From positions 256,001-320,000 of the forward strand of contig CAWJQU010000002.1 in assembly GCA_963845145.1 (NCBI GenBank): a stretch of DNA of 64,000 nucleotides, written 5' to 3'. Shown in pieces: positions 11,446 to 21,235 of the stretch. The notes under the pieces were generated by a model, which was given only the letters and a program-made list of their open reading frames with translations, did no database searches and had not been told where the DNA came from. The translations under genes were made by a program, and so were the position numbers. Numbering within the stretch: the stretch's first letter is position 1; every line of letters begins with the position of its first letter. This DNA is from an uncultured delta proteobacterium. Its GTDB lineage: Bacteria; Desulfobacterota; Desulfobacteria; Desulfobacterales; QNYZ01.

Positions 11446-11565
11446 AATATTGTAAGATAAACGAAAAGAAGACACCCCATCCAATGCCTTGGGCGAAGAC
11501 CATGGTCGATGGGAAAGAAAAACGTGGACAATACACAATGACCGCTTATATAAAGGGAAATCAAA

Positions 11566-11739
11566 ATGAAAGAGATGTTAATAATACTCGTGGTGATTGG
11601 GGCCTGGGTCTTTCTTCAGTCCTATCTGTTACCCAAGCTGGGTATATCAACCTGAATGCGGGAATCCTGTCAGTTGACAGACAAAAAAGAGAATGGCGAC
11701 AATTCCTCGAAAAGCGTTACCCCCGAAAATCAGCCCTGA
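11566..11739 (+). CDS. Small single-TM protein, probable selenoprotein (TGA 11653-11655 read as Sec): MKEMLIILVVIGAWVFLQSYLLPKLGIST-U-MRESCQLTDKKENGDNSSKSVTPENQP
   Basis: RBS AAGGGA before ATG 11566; hydrophobic helix; in-frame TGA followed by an open frame with Cys at +5; hairpin CTGTC-AGTT-GACAG starts 11 nt after the TGA. Missing from the ORF track. Confidence 0.6.
11667..11680 (+). promoter_or_regulatory. Candidate bacterial SECIS hairpin
   Basis: CTGTCAGTTGACAG with GU in the apical loop and an 11-nt spacer from the UGA. Confidence 0.55.
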
Positions 11740-12340
11740 GGTTGAGCCAGATGCGGAACTGGTCCGGGCGATTCAATCCGGACGTCATGAATTGTATCAG
11801 GAACTTGTATCGCGTTATGAAGGCAAGCTGTATAATTTCGGTTTGCGCATGTGCCGTGATACTGCGGACGCCGAGGATTTGGTACAAGACACATTCCTAA
11901 ATGTTATTAAATATTTGAAGGGATTTCGACACCAGGCCAAATTTAAAAACTGGTTGTATAAAATAGCCACCAGCGTCTGCATTAAAAAACGACGCCGGTC
12001 AAAACACGCGCCGGATCGCACCCTTTCGCTGGAAGAATTTCTACCCAAGGATGAGGCCGATGTCGCCGGAAAAGTACCCCGCTGGGCGGTCATTCCGATA
12101 GACCAGGTTTTAAATGAAGAATTGGCCAAACGGCTGAATGATGCGATTCATGCCCTGCCCCGAAAATATCGAATCGTATCCGTTTTACGCGAGGTAGAGG
12201 GCTTCTCAACCGATGAAACAGCAAAAATTCTCAATATCACCCCGGCCAATGTTAAGGTTCGGCTGCATCGTGCCCGCCTTTTCCTTAGAGAGAAACTAAA
12301 GAATTATTATGAACACGACTTCCACGGGCCACCAACATAA
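11693..12340 (+). CDS. ECF RNA polymerase sigma factor
   Basis: Region 2 DAEDLVQDTF...FKNWLYKIA; region 4 LREVEGFS..ETA.IL.I...NVKVRLHRAR. Confidence 0.95.
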   Translation: MATIPRKALPPKISPEVEPDAELVRAIQSGRHELYQELVSRYEGKLYNFGLRMCRDTADAEDLVQDTFLNVIKYLKGFRHQAKFKNWLYKIATSVCIKKRRRSKHAPDRTLSLEEFLPKDEADVAGKVPRWAVIPIDQVLNEELAKRLNDAIHALPRKYRIVSVLREVEGFSTDETAKILNITPANVKVRLHRARLFLREKLKNYYEHDFHGPPT

Positions 12341-12569
12341 CGAACGTTGTGTGGATCTTTTTAAAAAATTGTCGGCATACATTGATCAGGAGCTTGATCG
12401 TTCGACCTGCCGGAAAATTGAACGCCACTTAAAACATTGCCCCCCATGCCATGCCTGCCTTGAAACCCTTAAAAGGACCTCCCGCTTGTGCCGAGAAATG
12501 GGAGAAGCACAAGTGCCAAAAACCTTATCGCACCGATTAAAAAAACTTATTCGAGACATGGCCGTTTAA
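12309..12569 (+). CDS. Soluble zinc-binding anti-sigma factor (zf-HC2/ZAS)
   Basis: LSAYIDQEL...HLKHCPPC (HxxxCxxC); overlaps the sigma 3' end; no TM. Confidence 0.9.
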   Translation: MNTTSTGHQHNERCVDLFKKLSAYIDQELDRSTCRKIERHLKHCPPCHACLETLKRTSRLCREMGEAQVPKTLSHRLKKLIRDMAV

Positions 12570-12730
12570 ACCCGGCACATATAAACAGATTATTCCGCGA
12601 GCGTCATTTTGCATCTTGCCCATTTGACAGCGGTCACCGCTTTTATTATAAGGTGCCTTTTGCATAGGCCTCATTCAGAGCCGCATTTCTAACTCACCGC
12701 AAAAAATTCCGTTAATTGAAAGGACCGTTT

Positions 12731-14011
12731 ATGTCGGATTTTGCCACCATCACCTATGATGGAAAAACCTATGAGTTTCCCGTCATCACGGGCAGTGAAG
12801 GCGAGAAAGCCATTGATATTTCAACCTTACGAAATCGATCTGGATTAATCACGATGGATTACGGATTTTCCAGTACCGGTAGCTGTAACAGCGCCATCAC
12901 ATATATGGATGGCGAAAATGGCATTCTTCGGTACCGGGGCATTCCCGTGGAACAGCTAGCCGAAAAAGCGACCTTTAAAGAGACTGCCTATCTTCTCATC
13001 AACGGCCGCCTTCCCAATCGCGAAGAGCTCACCCGGTTTTCTGTTCTGCTCAATGACCAAGCTCTGGTACACGAAGACATGCAGGAATTTTATAAGAGTT
13101 ATCCCAGAAGCTCTCATCCCATGGGAATTCTCTCATCCATGGTCAATGCCTTAAGAAGCTTTTATCCTGAACTGGAGGCAACCCAGGAAGAGATCAACAT
13201 CACCATGACCCGTCTGTTATCAAAAGTCCGAACCATGGCGGCCATGTCATATAAGATCTCCCGGGGCCACAAAGTTGTCTATCCACGACCGGATCTGAAT
13301 TACTCGGCCAATTTTTTAAATATGATGTTTGACTCACCGGTGCGGCCTTACAACATCGACGACGATCTGGTTCAGGCCCTGCGTACTTTTTGGATTCTTC
13401 ATGCCGATCATGAGCAAAACTGCTCCACCACGGCCGTCCGCGTCGTGGGAAGCGGCCAGGTAAATCTTTATGCCGCTATTTCGGCGGGCATTGCCGCGCT
13501 CTGGGGGCCCCTCCACGGCGGCGCCAATCAGGCCGTTATTGAAATGCTCAAGGATATCGTTGAAGGCGGCGGCAAAATTCAAAAAGTAATCGCTAGGGCC
13601 AAAGATCGAAAGGATCCGTTTCGATTATACGGGTTCGGCCATCGCGTATATAAAACCTACGATCCCCGCGGCAAAATCATCAAAAAAATGGCTGATCGGC
13701 TGCTCGCCAAACAACAGGTTGCCGATCCGTTGCTTGACACGGCCAAAGAGCTGGAAATCGCCGCTCGCCAAGACGACTACTTTATCGAGCACAACCTGTA
13801 TCCCAATGTGGATTTCTACAGCGGTCTCGTCCTGCGGGCTATCGGCATTCCCACCAACATGTTTACTGTCATGTTTGCCATCGGACGCTTACCGGGCTGG
13901 ATTGCCCAGTGGAGAGAGAGTATCGACGATCCGAACTGGAAGATCGCCCGGCCCCGGCAGATCTATACCGGGCCAACCACCACAGAATATACACCCCTAG
14001 ATGAGCGATAA
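12731..14011 (+). CDS. gltA: Citrate synthase (Si-type)
   Basis: LHADHEQN, GPLHGGAN, GFGHRVYK, YPNVDFYSG. Confidence 0.97.
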   Translation: MSDFATITYDGKTYEFPVITGSEGEKAIDISTLRNRSGLITMDYGFSSTGSCNSAITYMDGENGILRYRGIPVEQLAEKATFKETAYLLINGRLPNREELTRFSVLLNDQALVHEDMQEFYKSYPRSSHPMGILSSMVNALRSFYPELEATQEEINITMTRLLSKVRTMAAMSYKISRGHKVVYPRPDLNYSANFLNMMFDSPVRPYNIDDDLVQALRTFWILHADHEQNCSTTAVRVVGSGQVNLYAAISAGIAALWGPLHGGANQAVIEMLKDIVEGGGKIQKVIARAKDRKDPFRLYGFGHRVYKTYDPRGKIIKKMADRLLAKQQVADPLLDTAKELEIAARQDDYFIEHNLYPNVDFYSGLVLRAIGIPTNMFTVMFAIGRLPGWIAQWRESIDDPNWKIARPRQIYTGPTTTEYTPLDER

Positions 14012-14334
14012 AACGCGAATAAAAATGATTTCACACTAGCATCTACCGCGCCGATTTTATTAGAAGGGTTTCAAGCTGCCGCAATTTCTTTGTATGCCGG
14101 TTTGGCGCATTGCAAAGCGGGGCTTCCAATGCCCCGGCAGAAAAAACCAATTAATAAATGAAATTAAATTGGACTCAGGCTTCTTTGTTTCAGCATTTCG
14201 TCGCCCTCATTCAAACGCCATTGACAATTTCATGGAAATATGCCATTTTTTAGCAAAATTTTTCCCTTTTTTCGGACACTTCCTTCCGCTGCTAAAAAAT
14301 TGTTAATCCAAGCTGAGTGAAAATGTAATACCTC

Positions 14335-15243
14335 ATGGCCTCAATAAAAAAAATGAACTTCAACCACCTGGTAGGAAAAAAGGTGGGAACCGTAACATTA
14401 CTAAAAGAGCTGGCAAGAGGAGGCATGGCGGTCATCTTTACCGCCTACCAACAATCGCTTAAGCGCCAAATCGCCGTTAAAATACTTCCCAAGTCATTAT
14501 TAACCCCAACGGCCGCCAAACTATTCCAGCAAGAAGCCGAATCCGCAGCGATTTTGTCGCATCCCAATATCATTCCCATCTATGAAGTGGGTGACACCGA
14601 CGAGTTTCTCTATTTCACCATGCAACTCGTCAAAGGGCGAACTTTGGCCGACATGATCGATATGGCAGGCAGATCGCTATTATCATTTAAGCGCGTGCTG
14701 CCCCTTGAGGCCACCATTCAAATCATTACCGGCGTACTTGATGCCCTGGGATATGCCCACCGTGAAGATATCATTCATCGCGACATCAAACCGGCCAACA
14801 TCATTATCGAAACCCACACCAAGCGGCCTATTATCACGGATTTTGGCATCGCGACGCTCTCCCGCGGAGAAAACCTAACCTCCGGTTTAATAGCCGGAAC
14901 GCCGGTATACATGGCACCCGAAGAGATTTTAAGAAGCCGGGTGGATCAACGCACAGATATTTACGCGACAGGTATGGTCCTTTTTGAAATGTTGACATCC
15001 TACCTCCCCCTGCCCACTTTTAAGTCAACCCGGCAGTTGCTGGAGATGAAGCTAACGCTCAAAGACCGTTTGTTCAAGAAAACCCCTTCCCAAATGAATC
15101 AGGCAATCGATCCGGCCATGGATCAAATTGTCCTTAAAGCGCTGGCCTATGACCCCAAGCGGCGTTACGCGGATTGCTACGAATTCATCGAGCAAATAAA
15201 GTCTTACCAGAACCGACCCGTTATTAATCGATTGAGAGGGTAA
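14335..15243 (+). CDS. Soluble Hanks-type Ser/Thr protein kinase (kinase domain only)
   Basis: ARGGMA, AVK, HRDIKPAN, DFG, GTPVYMAPE, DIYATG. Confidence 0.95.
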   Translation: MASIKKMNFNHLVGKKVGTVTLLKELARGGMAVIFTAYQQSLKRQIAVKILPKSLLTPTAAKLFQQEAESAAILSHPNIIPIYEVGDTDEFLYFTMQLVKGRTLADMIDMAGRSLLSFKRVLPLEATIQIITGVLDALGYAHREDIIHRDIKPANIIIETHTKRPIITDFGIATLSRGENLTSGLIAGTPVYMAPEEILRSRVDQRTDIYATGMVLFEMLTSYLPLPTFKSTRQLLEMKLTLKDRLFKKTPSQMNQAIDPAMDQIVLKALAYDPKRRYADCYEFIEQIKSYQNRPVINRLRG

Positions 15244-15245
15244 AA

Positions 15246-17903
15246 ATGGGCGATGCCAAAATCTCCAAACAGGAAATGGATCGTTTCAGCAGGGTCATTG
15301 TCATGCTGCTCAACCGGGCGACCATGTACCAAACCAACCATCCCTATGTGCAGCAAAGCATCGATGAATTCTATCAGATTTTAAAAACACTTCTGCCGAA
15401 GGTTTCACCGCTGGTTTTCATAATGAATCGCGAACAGCTGTTTGTGGATGAGGAACCGCTGGATTCCCGCATTATTGTTACCAAAATCGTCCAGTATTTC
15501 AATAAAACCGGCACGCAATCCATCTCCTTTGAGAATGGCCTTGAAAAAAATGACGTTCGTGTCTTTTTGAGTATTTTCACAGCATTGGATAAATATCCCA
15601 ATTCGGACGCCATGAAGAAAGCCCTCACCGACAAGGGGGTTCGCCAGATTAAAATTAACCATGTGGTGTACATAAAGGCAACCGAAGACGATGAACTGGT
15701 ATCGCGTGAAGCCTTGGAAGAGATGACCCTTGAAATCTCGGCCGAAAGTCAGGAAAAAGTAAGAAAACAGTTCATGGACATGATCCTTGAAAGTGTCCTG
15801 GCAGAAGAATTTGAGAAGACCCTGACGATTGACAACCTTCTTAAAAACCCCCAGGAATTATCCCAAAAGATGATCGAGGCCGATCGGGAGAGTGTCGAAG
15901 AAAGCGACGCGGAAGACCGTCGTCCCGGACCGGTCTTGCTACATCAGCTCGACATGCTTAATCAGGAAGTCATGGGAAACGATTCCGACGCCAATGAAGA
16001 ACTGGCCACCGACCTGGTCACTGCCGTATTCGAGATGAAGAATGAACTTTTAGATGGGATAAATTCTGAAAACACAGATGCGATTGACACATCGGACAAG
16101 GGTTTGATTTTAGATAAGATCGATGAAGTTACCAATAATGCCGTCATGAAACTGGCCAAAAAGCATGACCGTGAAGGCATGTCGATTACAAACATCGGCC
16201 AACTCTTAGGGCGCTGGATCCCCGAAGACGATCTGGGCGGTGTACTAGAGCGTGTCAAAACCAATCTGGCCACCAAACCGATCATCATCGATAACCTTTT
16301 AAATAACCCGGGTGGGATCTCCAAACAGATGATTGATGCCGATGCGGCCGGATTCGGCCAAACCGGAGATAGCCGAAGAAACCCAGGTTCAGTAATAATG
16401 CAACAGCTGGATTTGGTAAAACAAGAACTCGTTGATAAGGCCTTCGAACAGAGTGGATCCAGCCTTTCGGATATGGCTGCAGCGGTTATCGAACTAAAAG
16501 AGCAGCTTCTGGCCGGTATGCAAAACCAGAAAACGCTTGGAACAGTTTATACCTATGAAGAGAAAATCGTTGATACCGTCAATGATATCACCGATGACGT
16601 GATCTTACGGCTGGTTAAAGAAGAGTATACGGCCGGCGAACTATCTCCAACACGTCTGGCTCAGATTTTGCGTCGTTTAATACCTGAAACAAATGAACTT
16701 AAACGTCTGCTACCGAAAATCAAAAATGTTCTGCTTGAAGCGGGGATGCCCCTTAAAGACTACCTGGAAATTATCAAGACACTGGGCAAAGAACTCCAAA
16801 GTGATGAATTGGCCAAGATCATTGAAGAGAGTGCCGAAGAGATCGGAATTGATGGTGACAGCCTCATCCAGGAAATTCAGAAAAACCCCGGCCAGGCTGC
16901 CGAATTAATCTTTTTGGCCGCCGAAATTCGCAAGGGCACCGGCGATGAAAAAGTGATGACCGACTTGATGGTGGATTACGTCGAACGCCTGGGCGCCACT
17001 TTGGATTTCGATGTGGATAAAGAGGATCATGTCAAGGGCAAAGAACACTTGCGGCGCATCATCGGCAACATTGAGTCTGATCTTGTCGGTCGCTTAAAAA
17101 ACATGAACGTCAAAGATGACCTGATCGGTCGTCTGGAAGATAAACTCGAATCCCGAATGGATGAAATCCTCGACAAGGCTAAGGATGAGCTACTCAAATC
17201 CCAAGCCGATAAAGGAGGACCGGGTGATCTGGCCGAACTGAGTATCCTGAAAATGATGGAGCGTAGCGTCATAGAAAACGAAGAGCTGGCCGAAATCCTC
17301 GAGGCGGTTCGAGGGCAGACCGAATCGGGAGCGGTTGATGAGAACAATTTCGAACAGATCTATGCGGAGATGCAGGCAGAGGAACAGCGACGACGATTGG
17401 CGGAAGAACAACGGGATACGCCCTACGGTGTGCTCAAAGATGAAACCTTGAGCCTTATTATGAAAAAAGAAGTATCCCGGGCTGAACGCTATGGTGTCCA
17501 CCTGTCGGCTTTAGCCTTTACCTTGATCAAAGCAACACCCACCCAAGAAAAAACCGATTCAACGATATCACGCCGACATTTGGTGGACGCTATCTTGAAA
17601 AAAATGATAAAGATTGTTAGGCTTTCAGATCTGATCGGTGAATTCGGAAACAATGAGATTGTGGTGCTGTTGCCCTTTACCCCTTTGAATGAAGCCCAAA
17701 GGATGCTGAAGCGCTGCCTGGAATTGTTATACTTAGAACCCATTGAGGCCATGGGGGCTTCATATACGATTAAAATGGCCGGGATCGTAGTGGGCTATGA
17801 TTCAACCCGGATACCGGATGCCGATGCATTTTCCAATGAATTGTCGAAAGAATTAATGCAAATGGAAATTCGAGTTCGAAATATTCAAAACCTGTTAAGA
17901 TAG
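15246..17903 (+). CDS. Large acidic helical protein with an internal repeat and a C-terminal degenerate GGDEF-like domain
   Basis: C-terminal KKEVSRAERYG...RLSDLIGEFGNNEIVVLLPFT (RxxD retained, GGDEF replaced by GNNEI); N-terminal MY..NHP.V motif. Confidence 0.7.
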   Translation: MGDAKISKQEMDRFSRVIVMLLNRATMYQTNHPYVQQSIDEFYQILKTLLPKVSPLVFIMNREQLFVDEEPLDSRIIVTKIVQYFNKTGTQSISFENGLEKNDVRVFLSIFTALDKYPNSDAMKKALTDKGVRQIKINHVVYIKATEDDELVSREALEEMTLEISAESQEKVRKQFMDMILESVLAEEFEKTLTIDNLLKNPQELSQKMIEADRESVEESDAEDRRPGPVLLHQLDMLNQEVMGNDSDANEELATDLVTAVFEMKNELLDGINSENTDAIDTSDKGLILDKIDEVTNNAVMKLAKKHDREGMSITNIGQLLGRWIPEDDLGGVLERVKTNLATKPIIIDNLLNNPGGISKQMIDADAAGFGQTGDSRRNPGSVIMQQLDLVKQELVDKAFEQSGSSLSDMAAAVIELKEQLLAGMQNQKTLGTVYTYEEKIVDTVNDITDDVILRLVKEEYTAGELSPTRLAQILRRLIPETNELKRLLPKIKNVLLEAGMPLKDYLEIIKTLGKELQSDELAKIIEESAEEIGIDGDSLIQEIQKNPGQAAELIFLAAEIRKGTGDEKVMTDLMVDYVERLGATLDFDVDKEDHVKGKEHLRRIIGNIESDLVGRLKNMNVKDDLIGRLEDKLESRMDEILDKAKDELLKSQADKGGPGDLAELSILKMMERSVIENEELAEILEAVRGQTESGAVDENNFEQIYAEMQAEEQRRRLAEEQRDTPYGVLKDETLSLIMKKEVSRAERYGVHLSALAFTLIKATPTQEKTDSTISRRHLVDAILKKMIKIVRLSDLIGEFGNNEIVVLLPFTPLNEAQRMLKRCLELLYLEPIEAMGASYTIKMAGIVVGYDSTRIPDADAFSNELSKELMQMEIRVRNIQNLLR

Positions 17904-17952
17904 GCAGAACGCCCTTATTTGATATAGGAGCCAAATTTTAGGAACCAAATTT

Positions 17953-19080
17953 ATGGACCAAGGCAACCGCGATAGCCAGAAAACCAAATGGTATCTCGAA
18001 AAAGTTACCGAAGCCGGTACCACATGGGCGGTTCCTATCGATCCGATTCCGTTTACCATCGGTCGTGGTAGTGAATGCGATCTAACCCTGAGATCCAAAT
18101 GGGTATCGAGAAATCATGCCCAAATCCACTTGAGCGGAAATATTCTCTGGCTCCGCGATCTGGGCAGCACCAACGGCACCATGATTAACCAAAACCCGAT
18201 CAAGGAGGCCGAATTGCTTGAGGTGGGCGATCATCTTCACTTCGGTGACCACCAGTTTTTCGTTCGCAGCGAAGACGCCATCAAAACCGTCTTATCCGAC
18301 GAGACCGTGGCTTTTGATACCATTGGTGTTAAAAACGGCTCTATGGCGTATCACCGGCAAATGGAAAAAATGATCAATGAACGTGATGTTATTCCCCATT
18401 TCCAGCCCATTGTCGAATTGCCGGGTTCGAAAACGATAGGGTATGAGATCCTTGGCCGAATAAAAAAAAATGGGCTGCCGGAAAGCCCGACCGAACTGTT
18501 TAGCCTCGCCTCACAAATGGGGCATGCCGTTGCACTTAGTGCACTGTTTCGTGAAGAAGGTATTCGTGCCGGAAAAGCGTTGAGTGGTAAACCCGCGCTG
18601 TTCGTTAATACCCATCCCATTGAAATTTATCAAATGGATTTTTTGGAAAAATCTCTGCGCGTTGTGCGTGAGATGGTCCCGGACAATCCAATTGTGCTTG
18701 AAATAAATGAAACCGCCGTAACCAAGTCGGAACAGATGAAACAATTGCGGGCTCTGCTGGCTGATTTGGACCTTGAGTTGGCCTATGATGATTTTGGCGT
18801 CGGCCAGACGCGATTGGTGGAACTGGCCAAGCTGCCACCGGATTATTTAAAATTTGACATGTCGATTATTCGCAATATCCATATTGCCCCAAAGCGATTA
18901 CATCAAATAATCCTCACCTTCATGAAAGCCGCCGAAGAACTGGAGATCAAAACCCTTGCCGAAGGCGTTGAATGCCAGGAAGAGGCCGATGTTTGTGAAG
19001 AACTCGGCTTTGAATATAGCCAGGGTTATTTTTATGGACGTCCGGCACCGATTTCGGAACTTATCCCCACCGGCGACTGA
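17953..19080 (+). CDS. FHA-EAL c-di-GMP phosphodiesterase
   Basis: FHA: IGR, SRNHA, DLGSTNGT. EAL: FQPIV, YEILGR, LFVN, LEINE, DDFG, LKFD, AEGVE, QGYFYGRP. Confidence 0.93.
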   Translation: MDQGNRDSQKTKWYLEKVTEAGTTWAVPIDPIPFTIGRGSECDLTLRSKWVSRNHAQIHLSGNILWLRDLGSTNGTMINQNPIKEAELLEVGDHLHFGDHQFFVRSEDAIKTVLSDETVAFDTIGVKNGSMAYHRQMEKMINERDVIPHFQPIVELPGSKTIGYEILGRIKKNGLPESPTELFSLASQMGHAVALSALFREEGIRAGKALSGKPALFVNTHPIEIYQMDFLEKSLRVVREMVPDNPIVLEINETAVTKSEQMKQLRALLADLDLELAYDDFGVGQTRLVELAKLPPDYLKFDMSIIRNIHIAPKRLHQIILTFMKAAEELEIKTLAEGVECQEEADVCEELGFEYSQGYFYGRPAPISELIPTGD

Positions 19081-19127
19081 GTCATTGTTAAAAATCAAAT
19101 CATATCCCAGTTTATAATTCCAATAAT

Positions 19128-20072
19128 ATGGATCGCGATAAACAGACAATGAATAGCGAAACCTGCATAGACCCTTCCAATTATAACGCCGATTTTAAAT
19201 CCGGTTTCATTGCCATTGCCGGGGCGCCCAATGTGGGTAAATCGACGCTGTTGAACCGGATCCTGGGCGAAAAGTTGTCCATTACTTCTAAAAAACCCCA
19301 GACCACACGGAATCGCATTTTGGGTGTCCGGCACCGAACCGGTTCCCAGATGGTATTTATCGACACGCCCGGTGTTCATTTGACCCAGCGACCATTAAAT
19401 ATCCGCATCGTTGAAACCGCCGTGACGGCAATAGGGGATGTGGATCTGGTTCTTTTCATGATCGATGTCGCGGCATCCGATGCAGCCTCTGAAGAGCAGG
19501 TGATAAAACAGTTGACCAAATCAGGACGTCCGGTGATTTTGGCGCTGAACAAGATCGACCGCGTGGATAAAAACCGTCTATTGCATATGCTCGAGGCGTG
19601 GGCGGACCGCTACCCTTTTAAAGCCCTTGTCCCCGTGTCGGCCAAAACCGGAGAGCAGGTAGATAATCTGGTTGATACGTTATTAGCCCATCTCCCCTTA
19701 GGCCCGCCGTTTTTTCCCGAAGACCAGATTACGGATCTGCCCGAACGATTTTTCGTGGCTGAAATGATTCGGGAAAAAGTGTTCCGCCTGACCGGCGCCG
19801 AGATCCCCTATTCAACGGCCGTAACCATTGAATCGTTTAGCGAAAATCCCGATCGTCAACTCATAACCATCGATGCCACCATTCATATCGAACGGCGATC
19901 CCAGAAAGGGATTATCATCGGAAAGAACGGCGCGAAACTAAAGCAAATCGGATCGGCGGCACGGCAGGCCATTGAAAAAATGCTGAACACCCAGGTGTTT
20001 TTAAAACTATTCGTTCGGGTGGAACGCAACTGGACCCGAGACACCAAAATATTGCGTCGTTTTGGGTATTGA
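19128..20072 (+). CDS. era: GTPase Era
   Basis: GAPNVGKS, KPQTTR, DTPG, NKID, KH domain SQKGIIIGKNG. Confidence 0.97.
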   Translation: MDRDKQTMNSETCIDPSNYNADFKSGFIAIAGAPNVGKSTLLNRILGEKLSITSKKPQTTRNRILGVRHRTGSQMVFIDTPGVHLTQRPLNIRIVETAVTAIGDVDLVLFMIDVAASDAASEEQVIKQLTKSGRPVILALNKIDRVDKNRLLHMLEAWADRYPFKALVPVSAKTGEQVDNLVDTLLAHLPLGPPFFPEDQITDLPERFFVAEMIREKVFRLTGAEIPYSTAVTIESFSENPDRQLITIDATIHIERRSQKGIIIGKNGAKLKQIGSAARQAIEKMLNTQVFLKLFVRVERNWTRDTKILRRFGY

Positions 20073-20917
20073 TGATCCTGTCGTACCACCCCTGCTTTAC
20101 TGCTGATGACAACCGGATTTGCGCTGGCCGGTTACCGGATGACGCGGATCTGGCCGCGATTCGGGAAGCCAAAGCTGTGATCCTGCCGCAAGGATGTTCA
20201 TCGTCGCTTTATGCCATGGCCCGTCAAAATTGCCGGAGTGTGTTTCCCAATTACGATGTGCGTTTCACGCATGCGGGTAAAACGGGGCAGATTCGATTGT
20301 TTCAACAACTAGATATCCCCCACCCGCCATCAGCGGCTTTTGACGATGTCGCAGCCTACGTGTCACAGACCGACCATACAGCTTTACCGGCCAACCTGAC
20401 CTTTCCGGTTGTGTTTAAATTTGATTGGGGTGGCGAAGGTGAAACCGTCAGGTTCATTCAAAATCAGGCCGACCTGCAACAGCAATTACATAAGGCCAAC
20501 CAATACGAGCTTTCGGGCCAAAAAGGCTTTATTCTTCAAACCTTTATACCGACCGGTGGCCGCGTGTTGCGGGTGGTTCGAATCGATGCGCTATCGCGCA
20601 CATACTGGCGGGTGGCGCCGACATCGGATCAATTCCTCGTCAACCTTGCCGCCGGCGCGACCATCGACTATGATGGGAACCCCGACCTGCAAAAAAAATC
20701 AACCGAGATGGTAAATGGATTCTGTGACCGTAGCGGGATTAACCTGGCTGGATTCGATGTCCTTTTTTCTGAAAAAGACTCCGGGAAACAACCATTGTTG
20801 CTGGAAATTAACTATTTTTTCGGCAGGGAAGGCTTGGGAGGGTCGGCTGCCTATTTAGATCTTTTATCCGCGCAGATAACACGGTGGATTATGAGGCAGG
20901 ATTTTAGCGATGATTGA
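20069..20917 (+). CDS. RimK-like ATP-grasp ligase
   Basis: FPVVFK...GGEG, ILQTFI, F..NLAAGA, AGFD, LLEIN. Confidence 0.75.
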   Translation: MMILSYHPCFTADDNRICAGRLPDDADLAAIREAKAVILPQGCSSSLYAMARQNCRSVFPNYDVRFTHAGKTGQIRLFQQLDIPHPPSAAFDDVAAYVSQTDHTALPANLTFPVVFKFDWGGEGETVRFIQNQADLQQQLHKANQYELSGQKGFILQTFIPTGGRVLRVVRIDALSRTYWRVAPTSDQFLVNLAAGATIDYDGNPDLQKKSTEMVNGFCDRSGINLAGFDVLFSEKDSGKQPLLLEINYFFGREGLGGSAAYLDLLSAQITRWIMRQDFSDD

Positions 20918-21212
20918 CCCGCAACCTTTCGCCTACGATCTAAGTGACCGCGACATTAAGCGTGAAAAGGCCAAGGCCCGCGATTTAAGGCGTAGTCAAT
21001 GGTGGAAACGTCGCCTGGCCAAAGGTATTTGCCACTATTGTGGCGGCCAAACACCACCCAAAACACTAACCATGGATCATGTGGTTCCCATTTCCCGAGG
21101 GGGCCGCTCCACCAAAGGAAATGTCGTTCCTGCCTGTAAAACGTGTAACACCAAAAAAAAACAAATGCTGCCCACGGAATGGGAAACCTATATTTCAGGG
21201 CATCAAAAATAA
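20910..21212 (+). CDS. Small HNH endonuclease
   Basis: CHYC...TMDHVVPISRGG.S...NVV.AC..CN. Confidence 0.9.
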   Translation: MIDPQPFAYDLSDRDIKREKAKARDLRRSQWWKRRLAKGICHYCGGQTPPKTLTMDHVVPISRGGRSTKGNVVPACKTCNTKKKQMLPTEWETYISGHQK

Positions 21213-21235
21213 CCCATCGCCGTTTTTATGTGGAA

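Noticed and set aside
11484..11900. 138-aa ORF-track entry upstream of and overlapping the ECF sigma
   Set aside because: It is off-frame to both the sigma gene and the better-supported small TM ORF at 11566, and has no recognisable protein features.
20910..21212. HNH gene as a mobile homing endonuclease or defence toxin
   Set aside because: It is a short stand-alone HNH in a housekeeping operon with no intron, repeats or immunity gene.
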